64,000 bases of DNA from Endomicrobiales bacterium (GTDB lineage: Bacteria; Elusimicrobiota; Endomicrobiia; Endomicrobiales; CAWCFT01): NCBI GenBank assembly GCA_963794945.1, contig CAWCFT010000002.1:117581-181580 (forward strand), in the 5' to 3' direction. The number at the start of each line of letters is the position of its first letter. Position 1 is the first letter of the stretch. Below the pieces are notes generated by a model that was given only the letters and a program-made list of their open reading frames with translations, made no database searches and was not told where the DNA came from. Below are positions 43,569 through 53,713 of this stretch, in pieces. Position numbers and translations under genes: made by a program.

Positions 43569-44900
43569 ATGAAGCTCAGTAAAAACAAGTACTTTATAGT
43601 AGCAGTTGAATTATTGTCGCTTCTATGCGTATTTGACTGGTCATTATTATGTCTTCGTAGTATTAGAGATTCGCTTGGGATGGGGGTACTCATTGCGGCG
43701 GTAGCGTTGGGATTCATCTATATGCTATTTATGCTATTTAAATTAGTATTATACATAATAATGTTGGTTTATTTTGTACGAGTAATAATAGGTAAAGAAG
43801 ATAGGCCATACCTGTTTGAGATTATTATTTTTCTTCTGCTTTTTATCTGTCAAAAACCGTGGCTGATAGTACAGTTTAGCATGTATCTAAATGGAATTCT
43901 AGTAAGGGAACCAAATTTTGAATCACTTTATTCATTGCCTAGTATCTGTTTGTCGATATTTAGCGTAGCCGTATCATGCATTTATATATTTTTTGCAAGG
44001 CGTGATCAATGGGCCTGGGCTATTTGCATAACTATTATATCATGCATAACAATACCAGTGATAATATTTAATGGAAGCTTTACGGGAACATTTGTTGATG
44101 AATATCGGCAAGACCTGCAAGCATTTTCAACGCATATCTTCGGTTCTCAATTGAAATCTATAGTTTCAGTTGATGTCACAACAACCGGGGTTTCTGGAGA
44201 CGACTCTCCGTCAATGTTGCCATCGTCAATGCATGACGATGAAAAACATGCACCTCTGTATATCTGGGGTTTGTATAAAGACGGGAAATACAGAGAAATA
44301 CTACCGTGGGATATAAAATATTGCACTGTTCGCGACACATCAATCGCTGACATTTCAGGGAAAGATAATTCAAATTATTGGATTTCAGCTAAAAAAAGTG
44401 GTTCCACATTCATTGACATTACCGCATATAATGGTAAACAAATTAGCTCATTATTGACGGTGTACCCAAGTGATTCGGAGTATTATAGCAATATCGCCTT
44501 GTCATCGAATAGTATTGCTGATAACCTGCTCCCGCCAGATGTAAAACAACCGGTAAATGCTGAGAAGACAAATATTCCTGTCAGCCGCAAAGCGAGCTGG
44601 CAAGAGTATATTTTGTCCGGCAAAACCTTCTATATGATTTTTGATAAAACCAGCGGCAAGTTTGATCATATAGGCACACTGAAGATGGGCGAGACTTATC
44701 AATTAACTTATACTAACGGCAAGTTTATCTGCACCGGGTTCAACCTGGGCACTAACAATGTGGGTACCTGGGCCTATTCAAACTGCGACCCCAGACAAAT
44801 GAAGATATCTTTATGGGGTAGAGGTTACACCTATAATGAGAAGGGCGATATTATCGATTCTCAGTATGGATTAGTCGGGCATCTGTCCAGCACGCGGTAA
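43569..44900 (+). CDS. Multi-TM membrane protein, paralogue B, with inserted Ig-like segment
   Basis: Same MKLSKNK start, ARRDQW motif and C-terminal domain as paralogue A; extra DTSIADIS...ISAKKSGSTFIDITAYNG...LTV resembling bacterial Ig group 2. Confidence 0.75.
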   Translation: MKLSKNKYFIVAVELLSLLCVFDWSLLCLRSIRDSLGMGVLIAAVALGFIYMLFMLFKLVLYIIMLVYFVRVIIGKEDRPYLFEIIIFLLLFICQKPWLIVQFSMYLNGILVREPNFESLYSLPSICLSIFSVAVSCIYIFFARRDQWAWAICITIISCITIPVIIFNGSFTGTFVDEYRQDLQAFSTHIFGSQLKSIVSVDVTTTGVSGDDSPSMLPSSMHDDEKHAPLYIWGLYKDGKYREILPWDIKYCTVRDTSIADISGKDNSNYWISAKKSGSTFIDITAYNGKQISSLLTVYPSDSEYYSNIALSSNSIADNLLPPDVKQPVNAEKTNIPVSRKASWQEYILSGKTFYMIFDKTSGKFDHIGTLKMGETYQLTYTNGKFICTGFNLGTNNVGTWAYSNCDPRQMKISLWGRGYTYNEKGDIIDSQYGLVGHLSSTR

Positions 44901-44996
44901 ATCTCGAATAAAAAGATGCTGGCCATAAATTAATAATGTTTCAGTGTCAGGCTCCTGTCTTAATTGAACCAGTTATAGTTTTATCTAAGGAGCTAA

Positions 44997-46634
44997 ATGT
45001 ACTCTATAAATAAACCGATTGAAATTTTTCTGCTCGCACTGGCGTTGTCAGTCTTTTTAGCGCTCTCCACCCGTAATCTGCGGTACGATAACGCAAACTC
45101 AGATGAGGTTGTTTGCGGCAGCCAGGCGCTGAGCCTGATTGATAACAACATCAACACCGAACGGAGCGCCTCGGTTTGGATGAAGATCGGGGCAAAGAGG
45201 CTCCCTGTAAACAATATAACTGATTACTGTTTTGCTCTTCCCGCGTTCATGCTATTGCCGGTTTTTCGCGTATTAGGCACCAGTGTATGGTCATTAAAGA
45301 TGCTGCCCATTCTGCTGGCTTTGATAAGCCTGCCAATGCTGTATTTCGTACTTAAAAAAATATTCGGACAGCCTGCCGCGCTCATTACCGTATTTTTGTC
45401 TGTAATAAGCCCGCTGTATATTCATTATAACCGAAGCGGTTTGTTCAATAAAGAAACATTAATAGCTTCGTTGTTCATTGTAAGCATGTTCTTTTATACG
45501 CTTTATAAAAAGAATAACAATAATATTTATCTTGTTATCGTATCGCTGCTCCTTGGCTCACTTGCCAGCATTAAAGTAGCTGCCGGGGCGTACTACGCAG
45601 GTCTGGCCTCCTGCGCTATGGCCAAACCGTGGAAGATGTTCGATAAAAAACAATTAGCCGCTATACTGTTGTTTTTCACAATAGGGTCTTCATTTTTTAT
45701 CTATTTCAATGCCGCGACAGGCGGCTCCAGCTTTGAATCTATAACGCGCTATATTTCCGGTAAAGAAGCTCTGCTCCCCGCAGTTACGACGCGAATTCAA
45801 CACTTCGGCACGCTTATTAAAGAAAAAGAGCCCGTCATGGAAAGAGAAACATTCAGTGTTCAAAGTTCAAGGGTAAGCATGTTGCTCTTTCTACTATTTT
45901 GGGGCGCGTTGGCGTGCAACTGGTTATATTATCTGTTTATGGCTCCACACACGCCTGAACGAGAAAACTTCTTCTTCGCCAACATCCTGTATGGAAGTGT
46001 ATTTATCTGCAGCTGTTTTTCGCCGGCCAGTTTCGTTCCGAACCATCTGATCATAATGTTCCCTTTTCCTCAGCTGATAACTGCGCTGTTCATTAAGAAT
46101 TGTTACACCGCGGGAAAAGATCTGCGTTCTCCGGCCATATCATCCATACTAAAATATTCAGCGGTTGCCGTATTATTTGCGGTCGTGGCATTAAAATCAA
46201 TCCTTGTAAATAAGTACCAGTCTTTTTACGTCTCGCAAAGGAACGGTTACAGCACTGTTGACGCGCGCAATGAAAACCTGGTGCGGTATATCGGCGAACA
46301 CCACCTTGTCCCCGTAAGGTTTATAGATACCGATACCGATGAGCTTGCATTTTTTATCAGCAAAGGCGGGATGCCGGTTTACAAGCGGACCCTGCCCGCA
46401 ACCCCTTCGCGCGAAGAGGTTGAATTATGGATGCGTGAATGCTCAAAAGACAAATACCCGCAGTATTTTGTGTACACGTATAAGCTTAGTGTTTATGATT
46501 ATAGCGACAATGACCAAAAGATGTTATGGATAAAAGAGTACCTTCGCAAAAGCGGAAAACAATTGCAGCTATTAAACACGCTATCTGATGAACACGGCCA
46601 CGCATTGTACGCGGTATATGTGACGCGTAATTGA
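44997..46634 (+). CDS. GT-C fold (ArnT/PMT-like) membrane glycosyltransferase
   Basis: NSDE motif after TM1; FRVLGTSVWSLKMLP; ISPLYIHYNR; many TM helices; AT-rich. Confidence 0.75.
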   Translation: MYSINKPIEIFLLALALSVFLALSTRNLRYDNANSDEVVCGSQALSLIDNNINTERSASVWMKIGAKRLPVNNITDYCFALPAFMLLPVFRVLGTSVWSLKMLPILLALISLPMLYFVLKKIFGQPAALITVFLSVISPLYIHYNRSGLFNKETLIASLFIVSMFFYTLYKKNNNNIYLVIVSLLLGSLASIKVAAGAYYAGLASCAMAKPWKMFDKKQLAAILLFFTIGSSFFIYFNAATGGSSFESITRYISGKEALLPAVTTRIQHFGTLIKEKEPVMERETFSVQSSRVSMLLFLLFWGALACNWLYYLFMAPHTPERENFFFANILYGSVFICSCFSPASFVPNHLIIMFPFPQLITALFIKNCYTAGKDLRSPAISSILKYSAVAVLFAVVALKSILVNKYQSFYVSQRNGYSTVDARNENLVRYIGEHHLVPVRFIDTDTDELAFFISKGGMPVYKRTLPATPSREEVELWMRECSKDKYPQYFVYTYKLSVYDYSDNDQKMLWIKEYLRKSGKQLQLLNTLSDEHGHALYAVYVTRN

Positions 46635-46838
46635 ATTGTGTCATGTTTCTCTAGCTTCACCAACATGAACGTTCCAAGACAAATTAAATGAAACCACATA
46701 AAATAGTGCCTTTCTTGACTAATAAGACTTATTAAATAGTGTTGAGCGTTGGGCAGGGAAATAAACCTCAGATTTAATATCTCAGATTTGAGATATCAAA
46801 ATCAATATGATAAATAAAATAAAAAAGAGGAGGGTGCA

Positions 46839-47314
46839 ATGAAGTACGGTAGGTTTGAAGACGTGCCTGTTTGGAAAGACGGCACACAGCTCACGGTTAA
46901 AGTGTTTAAACTAACCGAAGACAAAAGGTTCCGCTTCAAGGGGGATATAGCAAACCAGATACAAAGGGCGGCGTTGTCAGTTCCCAATAATATCGCGGAG
47001 GGGTTCGAGCGCGGGACAACGCAGGAATTAATAACATTTTTGTATTACGCCCGCGGCTCAGCCGGAGAAGTCCGGTCCATCCTTGCAGTCATGGAACAGA
47101 TGAAAGAATTTGACGATCTCAAAACTCAGATCTCAGATCTGAAATCAGGCGCCGAGTCGATCTCACGGCAAATACGCGGCTGCTCGCTTCACTTCAGAAC
47201 ACAAAGATCGAAGGGCAAAGATACCTCAACGACATGACGAAAAAGTCGTATCAACGGGAAAAGGGCAGAGATGAATTCATAAAAACACTAAAACAGATCA
47301 GCGAACGGGGATGA
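46839..47314 (+). CDS. Four-helix-bundle (23S rRNA IVP-like) protein, frameshift near 47180
   Basis: FEDVPVWK; QIQRAALSVPNNIAEGFERGT..E...FLYYARGSAGEVRS; alternative frame continues SLQNTKIEGQRYL. Confidence 0.88.
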
Positions 47315-47321
47315 TCTCAAA

Positions 47322-47460
47322 TTGAGACTGTTGAAAAAGTCATCAACAGTCTTGTGCAATGATTATTAACCGCGATTACACCGATTATAAGCTTTAAATC
47401 ACCGTAATCTTTGTTTCTAATCGCTGTAATCAGAGATTATGGGGGGGGGCAATAATCTCA
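47322..47460. repeat. TTGAGA...TCTCAA MITE-like element (related to 32863-32983)
   Basis: ttgagactgttgaaaaagtcatcaacagtcttg...gattacaccgatta...tgtaatcagagatta...ataatctcaa. Confidence 0.7.
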
Positions 47461-47554
47461 AACTTAAAACCGTGAGCAGCGAAGAAGTTCGAGCCTGCGG
47501 GCGGCAAAACAATTCAACGCCAAAAGTTTGATGAAATTCTTAGCTAAATCCTTT

Positions 47555-47583
47555 TTGACCTTTCAATCCTAATCTGGTATAAT
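47555..47583 (+). promoter_or_regulatory. Sigma70 promoter, probably giving a leaderless mRNA
   Basis: TTGACC-N17-TATAAT with TGn extension; ATG follows 6 nt later; no SD. Confidence 0.7.
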
Positions 47584-47589
47584 TTTTTC

Positions 47590-48342
47590 ATGAAAATCAA
47601 ATTCTTTTTTACGGTATTTTGTTGTCTTATTTTCGCTTGTTTAGCGTGCTTCGCGTTTGAGTGGCAGACCGGGGAAAAGGTCAGCTTCCAAACGCCGGAC
47701 GGGGTCATTATTTCCGGGTTGTTCCACAAACCTGCCTCGGGCGCGCACAAGACTTACATCCTTTTGCACGGGCTCGGGAGCGGCCAGGACGAGTGGCAGT
47801 CTTTGTCGGACAAACTTGTCAGCGCGGGCTGCGGAGTGCTCTCCTACGACGCGCGTGGGCACGGAAGAAGCACGATGACAGCGGGCGGCAGAAAAATATC
47901 TTACACCGAGTTCGGGCCTCCGGGACCCGGGTCGCAGTGGGATAAAATGCCGGCGGACCTAGGTCTCGCTATCGCGTTCCTCAACGATCAAAAAAATATA
48001 CCGACTAACAGGATAGGGCTTATCGGTGCGAGCATCGGCGCGAACATCTGCCTTATATACGCCGCGAAGGCGCCGGTCATACCTGTGGTGGTTCTCCTCT
48101 CGCCGGGCTTAAACTACGCCGGCTTCGGGACCATGAGCTCGATAGGGGCGTTCACCAAGCGGCCCATACTGTTCGCGGCAAGCCCCACCGACACTTACGC
48201 CTACCAGTCCAGCATACTGCTTTACCAGAAGGTGCAGGCCAACCCGAAGGCGGCGTTCCTGACGGGCGCGTCGGGCCACGGGGTACAGATGTTCGACGGC
48301 AAATTCGATAAGCAGCTTTTAAAATGGATACTAAGCCACTGA
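47590..48342 (+). CDS. Exported alpha/beta hydrolase
   Basis: ILLHGLG; YDARGHGRS; GASIGA nucleophile elbow; C-terminal GHG. Confidence 0.9.
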   Translation: MKIKFFFTVFCCLIFACLACFAFEWQTGEKVSFQTPDGVIISGLFHKPASGAHKTYILLHGLGSGQDEWQSLSDKLVSAGCGVLSYDARGHGRSTMTAGGRKISYTEFGPPGPGSQWDKMPADLGLAIAFLNDQKNIPTNRIGLIGASIGANICLIYAAKAPVIPVVVLLSPGLNYAGFGTMSSIGAFTKRPILFAASPTDTYAYQSSILLYQKVQANPKAAFLTGASGHGVQMFDGKFDKQLLKWILSH

Positions 48343-48947
48343 TCAAAGCAGTTGTATTCGACCTCGGCAACGTTATACTGTCGTTCCATAACAGGCCCAT
48401 ATCAAGTTTTATAGCCGATAAAAGCGGGTTCCCGCAGGACGAGGTGCACGCCTTTGTTTTCGGCAAAGAGCTTGAACACTCCATCGACCGCGGAGTGATA
48501 AGCCTGGAAGATTTTCTGGGGAAGATAAACGAACGGTTTTCGTCGAGCATAAGCCTTAAGGAATTCACTCCGGTCTGGTGCGACATGTTCACCCAGAACG
48601 ACGGCATTGAAGAGATAATACGTGGACTAAAGAGCGTCGGATACAGGCTGGGAATGCTCTCTAACACCAACAGGCCGCATTTCGAGTTCGTGAAAGTAAA
48701 GTTCCCAGTGCTGGGGCTCTTTGACGACTACCACCTTTCTTACGAGACCGGCTGCCTTAAGCCGGATGCGTGCGCCTTCGAGCGCTTGACGAGCTTCTAC
48801 AACGCGGAGCCGGGGTCGCTCGTGTTCATAGACGACATTGAGGCCAATGTGAACTCGGCCAAGAATTTCGGTATAAACGCGTTCCAGTACAAGTCGCCCG
48901 GCAAACTCCGCTCGGACCTAAAGGGCCTGGGGCTGAAGCTCCAATGA
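48324..48947 (+). CDS. HAD-family phosphatase
   Basis: VVFDLGNV; LSNTN; KPD; VFIDD. Confidence 0.92.
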   Translation: MDTKPLIKAVVFDLGNVILSFHNRPISSFIADKSGFPQDEVHAFVFGKELEHSIDRGVISLEDFLGKINERFSSSISLKEFTPVWCDMFTQNDGIEEIIRGLKSVGYRLGMLSNTNRPHFEFVKVKFPVLGLFDDYHLSYETGCLKPDACAFERLTSFYNAEPGSLVFIDDIEANVNSAKNFGINAFQYKSPGKLRSDLKGLGLKLQ

Positions 48948-49300
48948 CATTTGAAGAATTCGAGAAATTCGTAAACGACTGTTTGAAAGAGATACCTGAC
49001 AAGTTCACCGAGGTCCTTGAGAAAAACCAGATAAAAGTACTGGCGAGGGAGAAAGCGCCGCTACCGGTTAAACAGCGGTACAAAGGCGCCACGGTGTACG
49101 GAATATTCATAGGCGTGCCGCTTGGGCATTTTTACAACATGGCTCCCGAACCTACGAGAATAGAGCTTTACCAGGAAAGTTTCGAAAGCATGTTCGAAGA
49201 TAAGAGCCAGATGAAGAGACAGATACTTATCACGGTGGTCCACGAGATAGCGCACTATTTCGGTTTCTCAGAAGCCGAGATAAGGAAACTCGGATACTAA
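48944..49300 (+). CDS. Zincin-like metallopeptidase family protein
   Basis: GIFIGVP; PTRIELYQ; TVVHEIAHYFG (HExxH). Confidence 0.88.
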   Translation: MTFEEFEKFVNDCLKEIPDKFTEVLEKNQIKVLAREKAPLPVKQRYKGATVYGIFIGVPLGHFYNMAPEPTRIELYQESFESMFEDKSQMKRQILITVVHEIAHYFGFSEAEIRKLGY

Positions 49301-49302
49301 TC

Positions 49303-49367
49303 TGTCATTGAGAGCAAATGTGAGAAATCTAAGATTTCTCTTGCGCCGTGGCGGGATCGAAATGACA
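49303..49367. repeat. TGTCAT...ATGACA REP-like element
   Basis: tgtcattgagagc...gagaaatct-a-agatttctc...gatcgaaatgaca. Confidence 0.65.
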
Positions 49368-49393
49368 AACAATGGTTTTTCCATAAGGCAACT

Positions 49394-49804
49394 ATGCTTG
49401 ATTTCGGCGTTAACATCACAAAAGTGGTAGAGCTTGCCGGCAGGATGAACAAGCTCGGGATATACGAGACCGACATAGAAGAGAAGTTCATCCGCTCCGG
49501 AGGCAAGGGCGGCCAGAACGTCAATAAGACCGCCACCTGCGTTTATCTAAAGCACAGGCCGACCGGCATAGAGATAAAGTGCCAGAGGGAACGGGTGCAG
49601 TCGATAAACCGCTACCTCGCGCGAAGGATGCTCGCTGATAAAATTGAGAACATGAAGCTCGGCCGTGAGAGCGCCGAGCGGCAGAAGATAGAAAAGATAA
49701 GGCGCCAGAAACGCAAACGCTCGAAGAGGGCGAAAGACAAAATGCTGGAGCAGAAAAAGATGCAGTCGCAGAAAAAAGAATCTAGAGCCAAAATAGACTA
49801 TTAA
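49394..49804 (+). CDS. Peptide chain release factor-like protein (ArfB-like ribosome rescue)
   Basis: [15 protein letters not shown] (GGQ); basic C-terminal tail; no codon-recognition domain. Confidence 0.88.
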   Translation: MLDFGVNITKVVELAGRMNKLGIYETDIEEKFIRSGGKGGQNVNKTATCVYLKHRPTGIEIKCQRERVQSINRYLARRMLADKIENMKLGRESAERQKIEKIRRQKRKRSKRAKDKMLEQKKMQSQKKESRAKIDY

Positions 49805-49820
49805 AGGACGGGGGATAACA

Positions 49821-51450
49821 ATGCGTCTTGCCATCGCTCAGATCAACACAACCGTAGGCGACCTTAAAGGAAATTCCGAAAAAGCCGTAGCCTACCTGGA
49901 AAAAGCGAAAGCGGTTGAAGCCGACCTTGTTGTTTTTCCCGAACTTACCACCACCGGTTACCCGCCTGAAGACCTACTTCTTAAGCCAAGCTTTATAAAA
50001 GACAACATGGACACACTAAACAGCCTCGCAGCCTCGGTTACTGGCATCAGCGCGGTTGTAGGTTTTGTTGACGCGCCGGACATGGGCCAACCCGCGCTAT
50101 ATAACGCCGCGGCCTTTATATCTGACAAGAAAATCGGGAACATTTACCACAAAGCCCTGCTTCCCAACTACGGTGTTTTTGACGAGAAAAGGTATTTCGA
50201 CCCCGGCCGCGACAAGCCGAAGCTTGCCAAAGTCAAGAACGTCAAGATGGGGATAATAATCTGCGAAGATATATGGTTCGAGGACGGGCCGGCGAGAGCC
50301 TTCGCGAAGGCCGGGGCGGAAGTTATAGTTGTTTTAAACGCATCGCCTTACAACATAGCCAAGATCAAAGAGCGGGAAAAGATAATTCAGAAGCAGGCGC
50401 AAAATAACAAAGTGTTCATCGTTTACGCGAACCTCGTCGGCGGGCAGGACGAGATAGTTTTCGATGGTTTCAGCATGGTGGTAAACCCGCACGGCAAAGT
50501 TATAGCCCGGGCAGAGGGTTTCGCGGAAGACCTTCTTATAATTGACCTGCCGCTCGGCACCGAAGAACAGAAGCCGGCGGTTGAATACAAAAAGGCCAAC
50601 ATACTGCCCGTTAACGAAGAGGTTTACAAGGCGCTTCTCACAGGCCTGAAAGATTATGTGCAAAAGAACGGTTTTAAGGACGTAGTGATAGGCCTTAGCG
50701 GAGGCATAGATTCGGCCATAGTCGCGACGCTAGCGGCTGACGCGCTGGGCCCGGAGAACGTGCACTGCGTTTTTATGCCGTCAAAATATTCGTCTATTGA
50801 ATCGAGGGAAGACGCCGAACAGCTAGCTACTAAGATGGGCATAGATTTCCGTGTCATATCCATTGAAGAGCTTTTCAGCCTCTACACAAAAGTACTTTCT
50901 CCGGCGTTCAATGCCCGCAAACCGGATGTTACCGAAGAGAACCTGCAGGCGAGGATAAGGGGCAACCTTCTTATGGCGCTATCGAACAAGTTCGGCTGGC
51001 TGGTGCTTACAACCGGTAACAAGTCCGAGATGAGCACGGGCTACGCCACGCTTTACGGCGACATGGCCGGCGGGTTCGCCGTTATAAAAGACGTGCCGAA
51101 GACGCTTATTTACGGCATATCGCTATACCGCAACTCTTTAAGCGAAGTTATACCAGAACAGGATAATAACCAAGGCGCCGACCGCCGAACTGCGCCCCAA
51201 CCAGAAAGACAGCGACTCTCTCCCGGTTTACGATGTGCTAGACCCCATACTGAAAGCCTATGTGGAGGACGACAAGGATTTAAAATATATCGTTTCAAAA
51301 GGCTTCGACAAGGAAACCGTAAGCAAGGTTTTGAGGCTAGTTGATTTAAGCGAGTACAAAAGAAGGCAGTCGCCGCCCGGGATAAAGATAACGACAAAAG
51401 CCTTCGGCAAAGACAGAAGGATGCCGATAACGAATAAATACCGGACATAA
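49821..51450 (+). CDS. nadE: Glutamine-dependent NAD+ synthetase, frameshift near 51155
   Basis: [66 protein letters not shown]. Confidence 0.95.
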
Positions 51451-51507
51451 AGTAATAAGTCATAAGTTGATTAAAGACAACCGAAGACTTTGAGGCAACT
51501 CACGAAA

Positions 51508-52194
51508 ATGAGCGCAAAAAATATTCCTCATTATGTCGGGCACAGGAAACGGCTCAAAGAAAAATTCGAGGCCGCCGGCATTGACGGTTGGATGGACCAC
51601 GAAGTGCTAGAGCTGCTTTTGAGCTACTCCATTCCCAGAAAAGACACGAAGGTCACGGCGAAAGACCTCTTGGCAAAGTTCGGGTCTTTCGCGGGAGTTC
51701 TGGACGCTGACATAAAAGATATTGAAACCGTAAAAGGCGTCAGCGCTCATTCGGCGGTGTTCCTGAAACTTTTGAAGGCCCTGTCGGGCCGTTACCTGAA
51801 AGAAGGCGTGGTCAGCAGGGACCTTTTATCATCTCCGGAGAACGCTTCGGAATACTTAAAGACTCTGCTCAAGGGCTCAAAGGACGAAGAATTTATCGCG
51901 CTGTTCCTGGACTCCGCGAACAGGCTAATAGCATCCGAGAACCTGCAGTCCGGCACGGTCAACAAGTCGGCGGTTTACCCAAGAAAAGTCGCCGAGCGGG
52001 CGCTATACCACAAAGCTGTAAGCGTAATAATATCTCACAACCATCCTGGAGGGACGCCCAAACCTTCGGAAGATGACAAACGCAGCACAACAGCTATAAA
52101 AGAGGCCCTGACAACTATAGAAGCTGAACTGCTGGACCATTTGATAATCTGCGGCAACACCTATTTCAGTTTTAAGGAACAGGGATTACTATGA
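51508..52194 (+). CDS. radC: RadC/UPF0758 JAB-domain protein
   Basis: GHRKRLK; HEVLELLL; SHNHPGGTPKPSEDD; LLDHLI. Confidence 0.93.
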   Translation: MSAKNIPHYVGHRKRLKEKFEAAGIDGWMDHEVLELLLSYSIPRKDTKVTAKDLLAKFGSFAGVLDADIKDIETVKGVSAHSAVFLKLLKALSGRYLKEGVVSRDLLSSPENASEYLKTLLKGSKDEEFIALFLDSANRLIASENLQSGTVNKSAVYPRKVAERALYHKAVSVIISHNHPGGTPKPSEDDKRSTTAIKEALTTIEAELLDHLIICGNTYFSFKEQGLL

Positions 52195-53034
52195 TAAAAA
52201 CAATTTTTACCGTCACGCCCAGCTGGCTTATAAAGAACAAGCCGGATTACAAAAAGGGGTTAGCATATCTGCGAAAGCTGGGCTTTGACGTGCGGAACAG
52301 CCGTATATTAACGAAGCTCCCGACGCCCGAACAGAAAGCGACTGAAATTAAAGCTGGCTTCCTTAACCCTAAAATAGACATGATACTCGCCCAGCGGGGC
52401 GGTTATAGTTCGCTCAAAGTACTGCCTCACATTGATTTCGGAGCGATAAAGAAACACCCGAAACTATTAGCCGGGTTCAGCGACATCAGCACGCTTCTAA
52501 ACTCCATATACGAAAGAACGGGGCTTGTTACGCTGCATGCGCCCATGGTGCTCAACTTCTGCAAGCCGTCCAAGTTCACGGTGGATTCTTTCATGAACGC
52601 CATAAGCGGGTTCCCTGAGAAAAACCTGCTAAAGGGCTCACCAGTAAAAGTTTACCACGGCGGCACGGCAACCGGTATACTCAAGGGCGGCAACCTTGTG
52701 ACGCAGAACCTCGCTTATAGGAACAAAGTGGGACATGGTGACAAAAGGCGCGATAATCTTCCTTGAAGACGTTGATGAAGAGATACACAGGGTAGACAGG
52801 TACTTAAGCCACTGGCTGCTGGCCGGGAAATTCAAAGGCGTGAAGGGAGTCGTGCTGGGGGATTTCAGGGGGCTAAACAGCGACGACGTTTACGATATAC
52901 TTTCGAGCCAGATGGAGGTTAATTTTCCTGTAATATACACACCCAACATCGGCCATGTAAAAAATAAAATTACTCTTCCCGTGGGCGCGAAAGTAACGCT
53001 GGACACAAGAACGAAGTCCCTGGTGATAAAATGA
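52191..53034 (+). CDS. S66 family LD-carboxypeptidase, frameshift near 52710
   Basis: RGGYS; GFSDIS; GGNL; FLEDVDE; IGHV...LPVG. Confidence 0.88.
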
Positions 53035-53137
53035 GGACCCAGCCCCTCAGTGTTTATGAGCTATCAGAATTTAATGTGAGAACTATGGAAAACAACAATA
53101 GTCATCTGCTAAATCGTTTGGGTGCTGGAGGGGCTGG

Positions 53138-53713
53138 GTGAATATAATCTGGTTCCTGCTGATGGCGGCAAGCGTGGTGTTCGCGGTAATAAACGGAAAG
53201 CTTGACGAGTTCACCAAATCCATGTTCGACGCTTCAAAGTCGGCGGTGGAGCTCTCTCTATACCTTCTTGGCATAGTATCTTTGTGGATGGGGCTTACGA
53301 AAATAATCGAGGACTCCGGGCTCATACACAAATTCTCCAAGGCCTTCAGGCCTCTCATATCGAGACTATTCAAGAACATACCAGAAGACCATCCTTCCAT
53401 AACGATGATAACGCTCAATATGATGGCGAACATGCTGGGCCTGGGCAATGCTGCTACGCCGCTCGGCCTGAAGGCCATTGAAGAGCTGCAATCCTTGAAC
53501 CCCGACAAAGAAGTGATAAGTTTCGAGATGATGCTTTTCATTGTAATTAACACGTCAAGCCTGCAGATAATTCCGTTCACTATCATTGGCCTCCTTGCGC
53601 AGTACGGCGCCAAGAACCCTGCCATAGTCGTGCTTCCGACACTTATAGCGTCATTCGTTACAACGGCATGCGCGGTTTGCATACTATATATTTTCAGGAA
53701 GTTCTCGAAATGA
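53138..53713 (+). CDS. spmA: Spore maturation protein A-like membrane protein
   Basis: NMMANMLGLGNAATPLGLKAIEELQSLN; INTSSLQIIP. Confidence 0.9.
   Translation: MNIIWFLLMAASVVFAVINGKLDEFTKSMFDASKSAVELSLYLLGIVSLWMGLTKIIEDSGLIHKFSKAFRPLISRLFKNIPEDHPSITMITLNMMANMLGLGNAATPLGLKAIEELQSLNPDKEVISFEMMLFIVINTSSLQIIPFTIIGLLAQYGAKNPAIVVLPTLIASFVTTACAVCILYIFRKFSK

Noticed and set aside
43120..47314. Diversity-generating retroelement (two similar repeats near an Avd-like four-helix protein)
   Set aside because: Both repeats are in coding sequence, the differences are mostly synonymous and not adenine-specific, and there is no reverse transcriptase in the window.
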